A stretch of 64,000 bases of DNA from Bugula neritina (taxonomy: Eukaryota; Animalia; Bryozoa). Made by a program: the position numbers and the translations under genes. The notes under the pieces are model-generated. The model searched no databases and was not told the DNA's origin. It saw only the letters and a program-made list of their open reading frames with translations. The stretch is taken from NCBI GenBank assembly GCA_964035545.1, contig OZ037766.1:30370773-30434772 (forward strand), written 5' to 3'. This document shows positions 63,424-64,000 of the stretch, one piece after another; position 1 is the first letter of the stretch; each line of letters opens with the position of its first letter.

Positions 63424-64000
63424 CTTCTATATTCAAGTCACTCACTCTTCTCACTCTGTCTTAATCTACAAATCATTCTGAAACTTGATGAAATGATTTT
63501 AAATAACTCTCACCTCTCCAATAATATTACAATTAAAAACTTCTAGCCTTACTCAATTACTCTAGTTGTATGACTTGTAGCAAAAAAAAGTATAGCACTG
63601 TAACATTAACTACCAACTATAGACATGGTCTCTATCAGTCATAACTTCTACTAATAGTAATAATTGTACTATTAATTATTATACTTTGTATTCAAGTATA
63701 ACTATAATTATAGCTATAAGTATTAAGTATAACATTAACCATGAGTTTAATTAATATAAACTGAATATAATAATTAAAACTATAAGCTACAAGTTATTAT
63801 TATAAGTATCACATTTACTAAACTCAATCACAGTCTACACTCTACAGTTACAATGTAATCATCATTATTATTAAATTGAATGATTATTGTGATGATTATC
63901 AATATCATTATCATTATGAATGAGACTGCAACTGAAACTATAGGCATAGCCATAGGCATAGCTATGGTATTATTGCATAGGTATTAATTTTAAAAGCAAC

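Overview
AT-rich, intron-containing animal (invertebrate-type) genomic DNA; no prokaryotic features or CRISPR arrays. From left to right: (1) 1-12 kb is a pile-up of Ty3/Gypsy LTR insertions in and around a dead oligoribonuclease (REXO2/Orn-like) gene. It includes a composite element with non-matching LTRs, a doubled Gag-knuckle/frameshift/protease module, and a solo LTR nested in another solo LTR. (2) About 13.4-21.1 kb (minus strand) is a multi-exon NB-ARC-type STAND NTPase gene with a helical/TPR-like C-terminus, no visible N-terminal effector domain, and two duplicated 161-nt exons whose phases make them mutually exclusive. This is the most interesting signal. (3) An intact, very young Mag-like Gypsy element (identical 232-bp LTRs, GTAAT TSD, single 1316-aa ORF). 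(4) SART3/Prp24. (5) A type II transmembrane TNF-superfamily ligand. (6) A tail-to-tail pair of intron-matched D-cysteine desulfhydrase-family paralogs with non-canonical motif residues. tRNA-derived SINEs, solo LTRs and minisatellites are scattered through introns. Exon structures were reconstructed by eye from GT-AG sites and frame continuity; no database searches were run.
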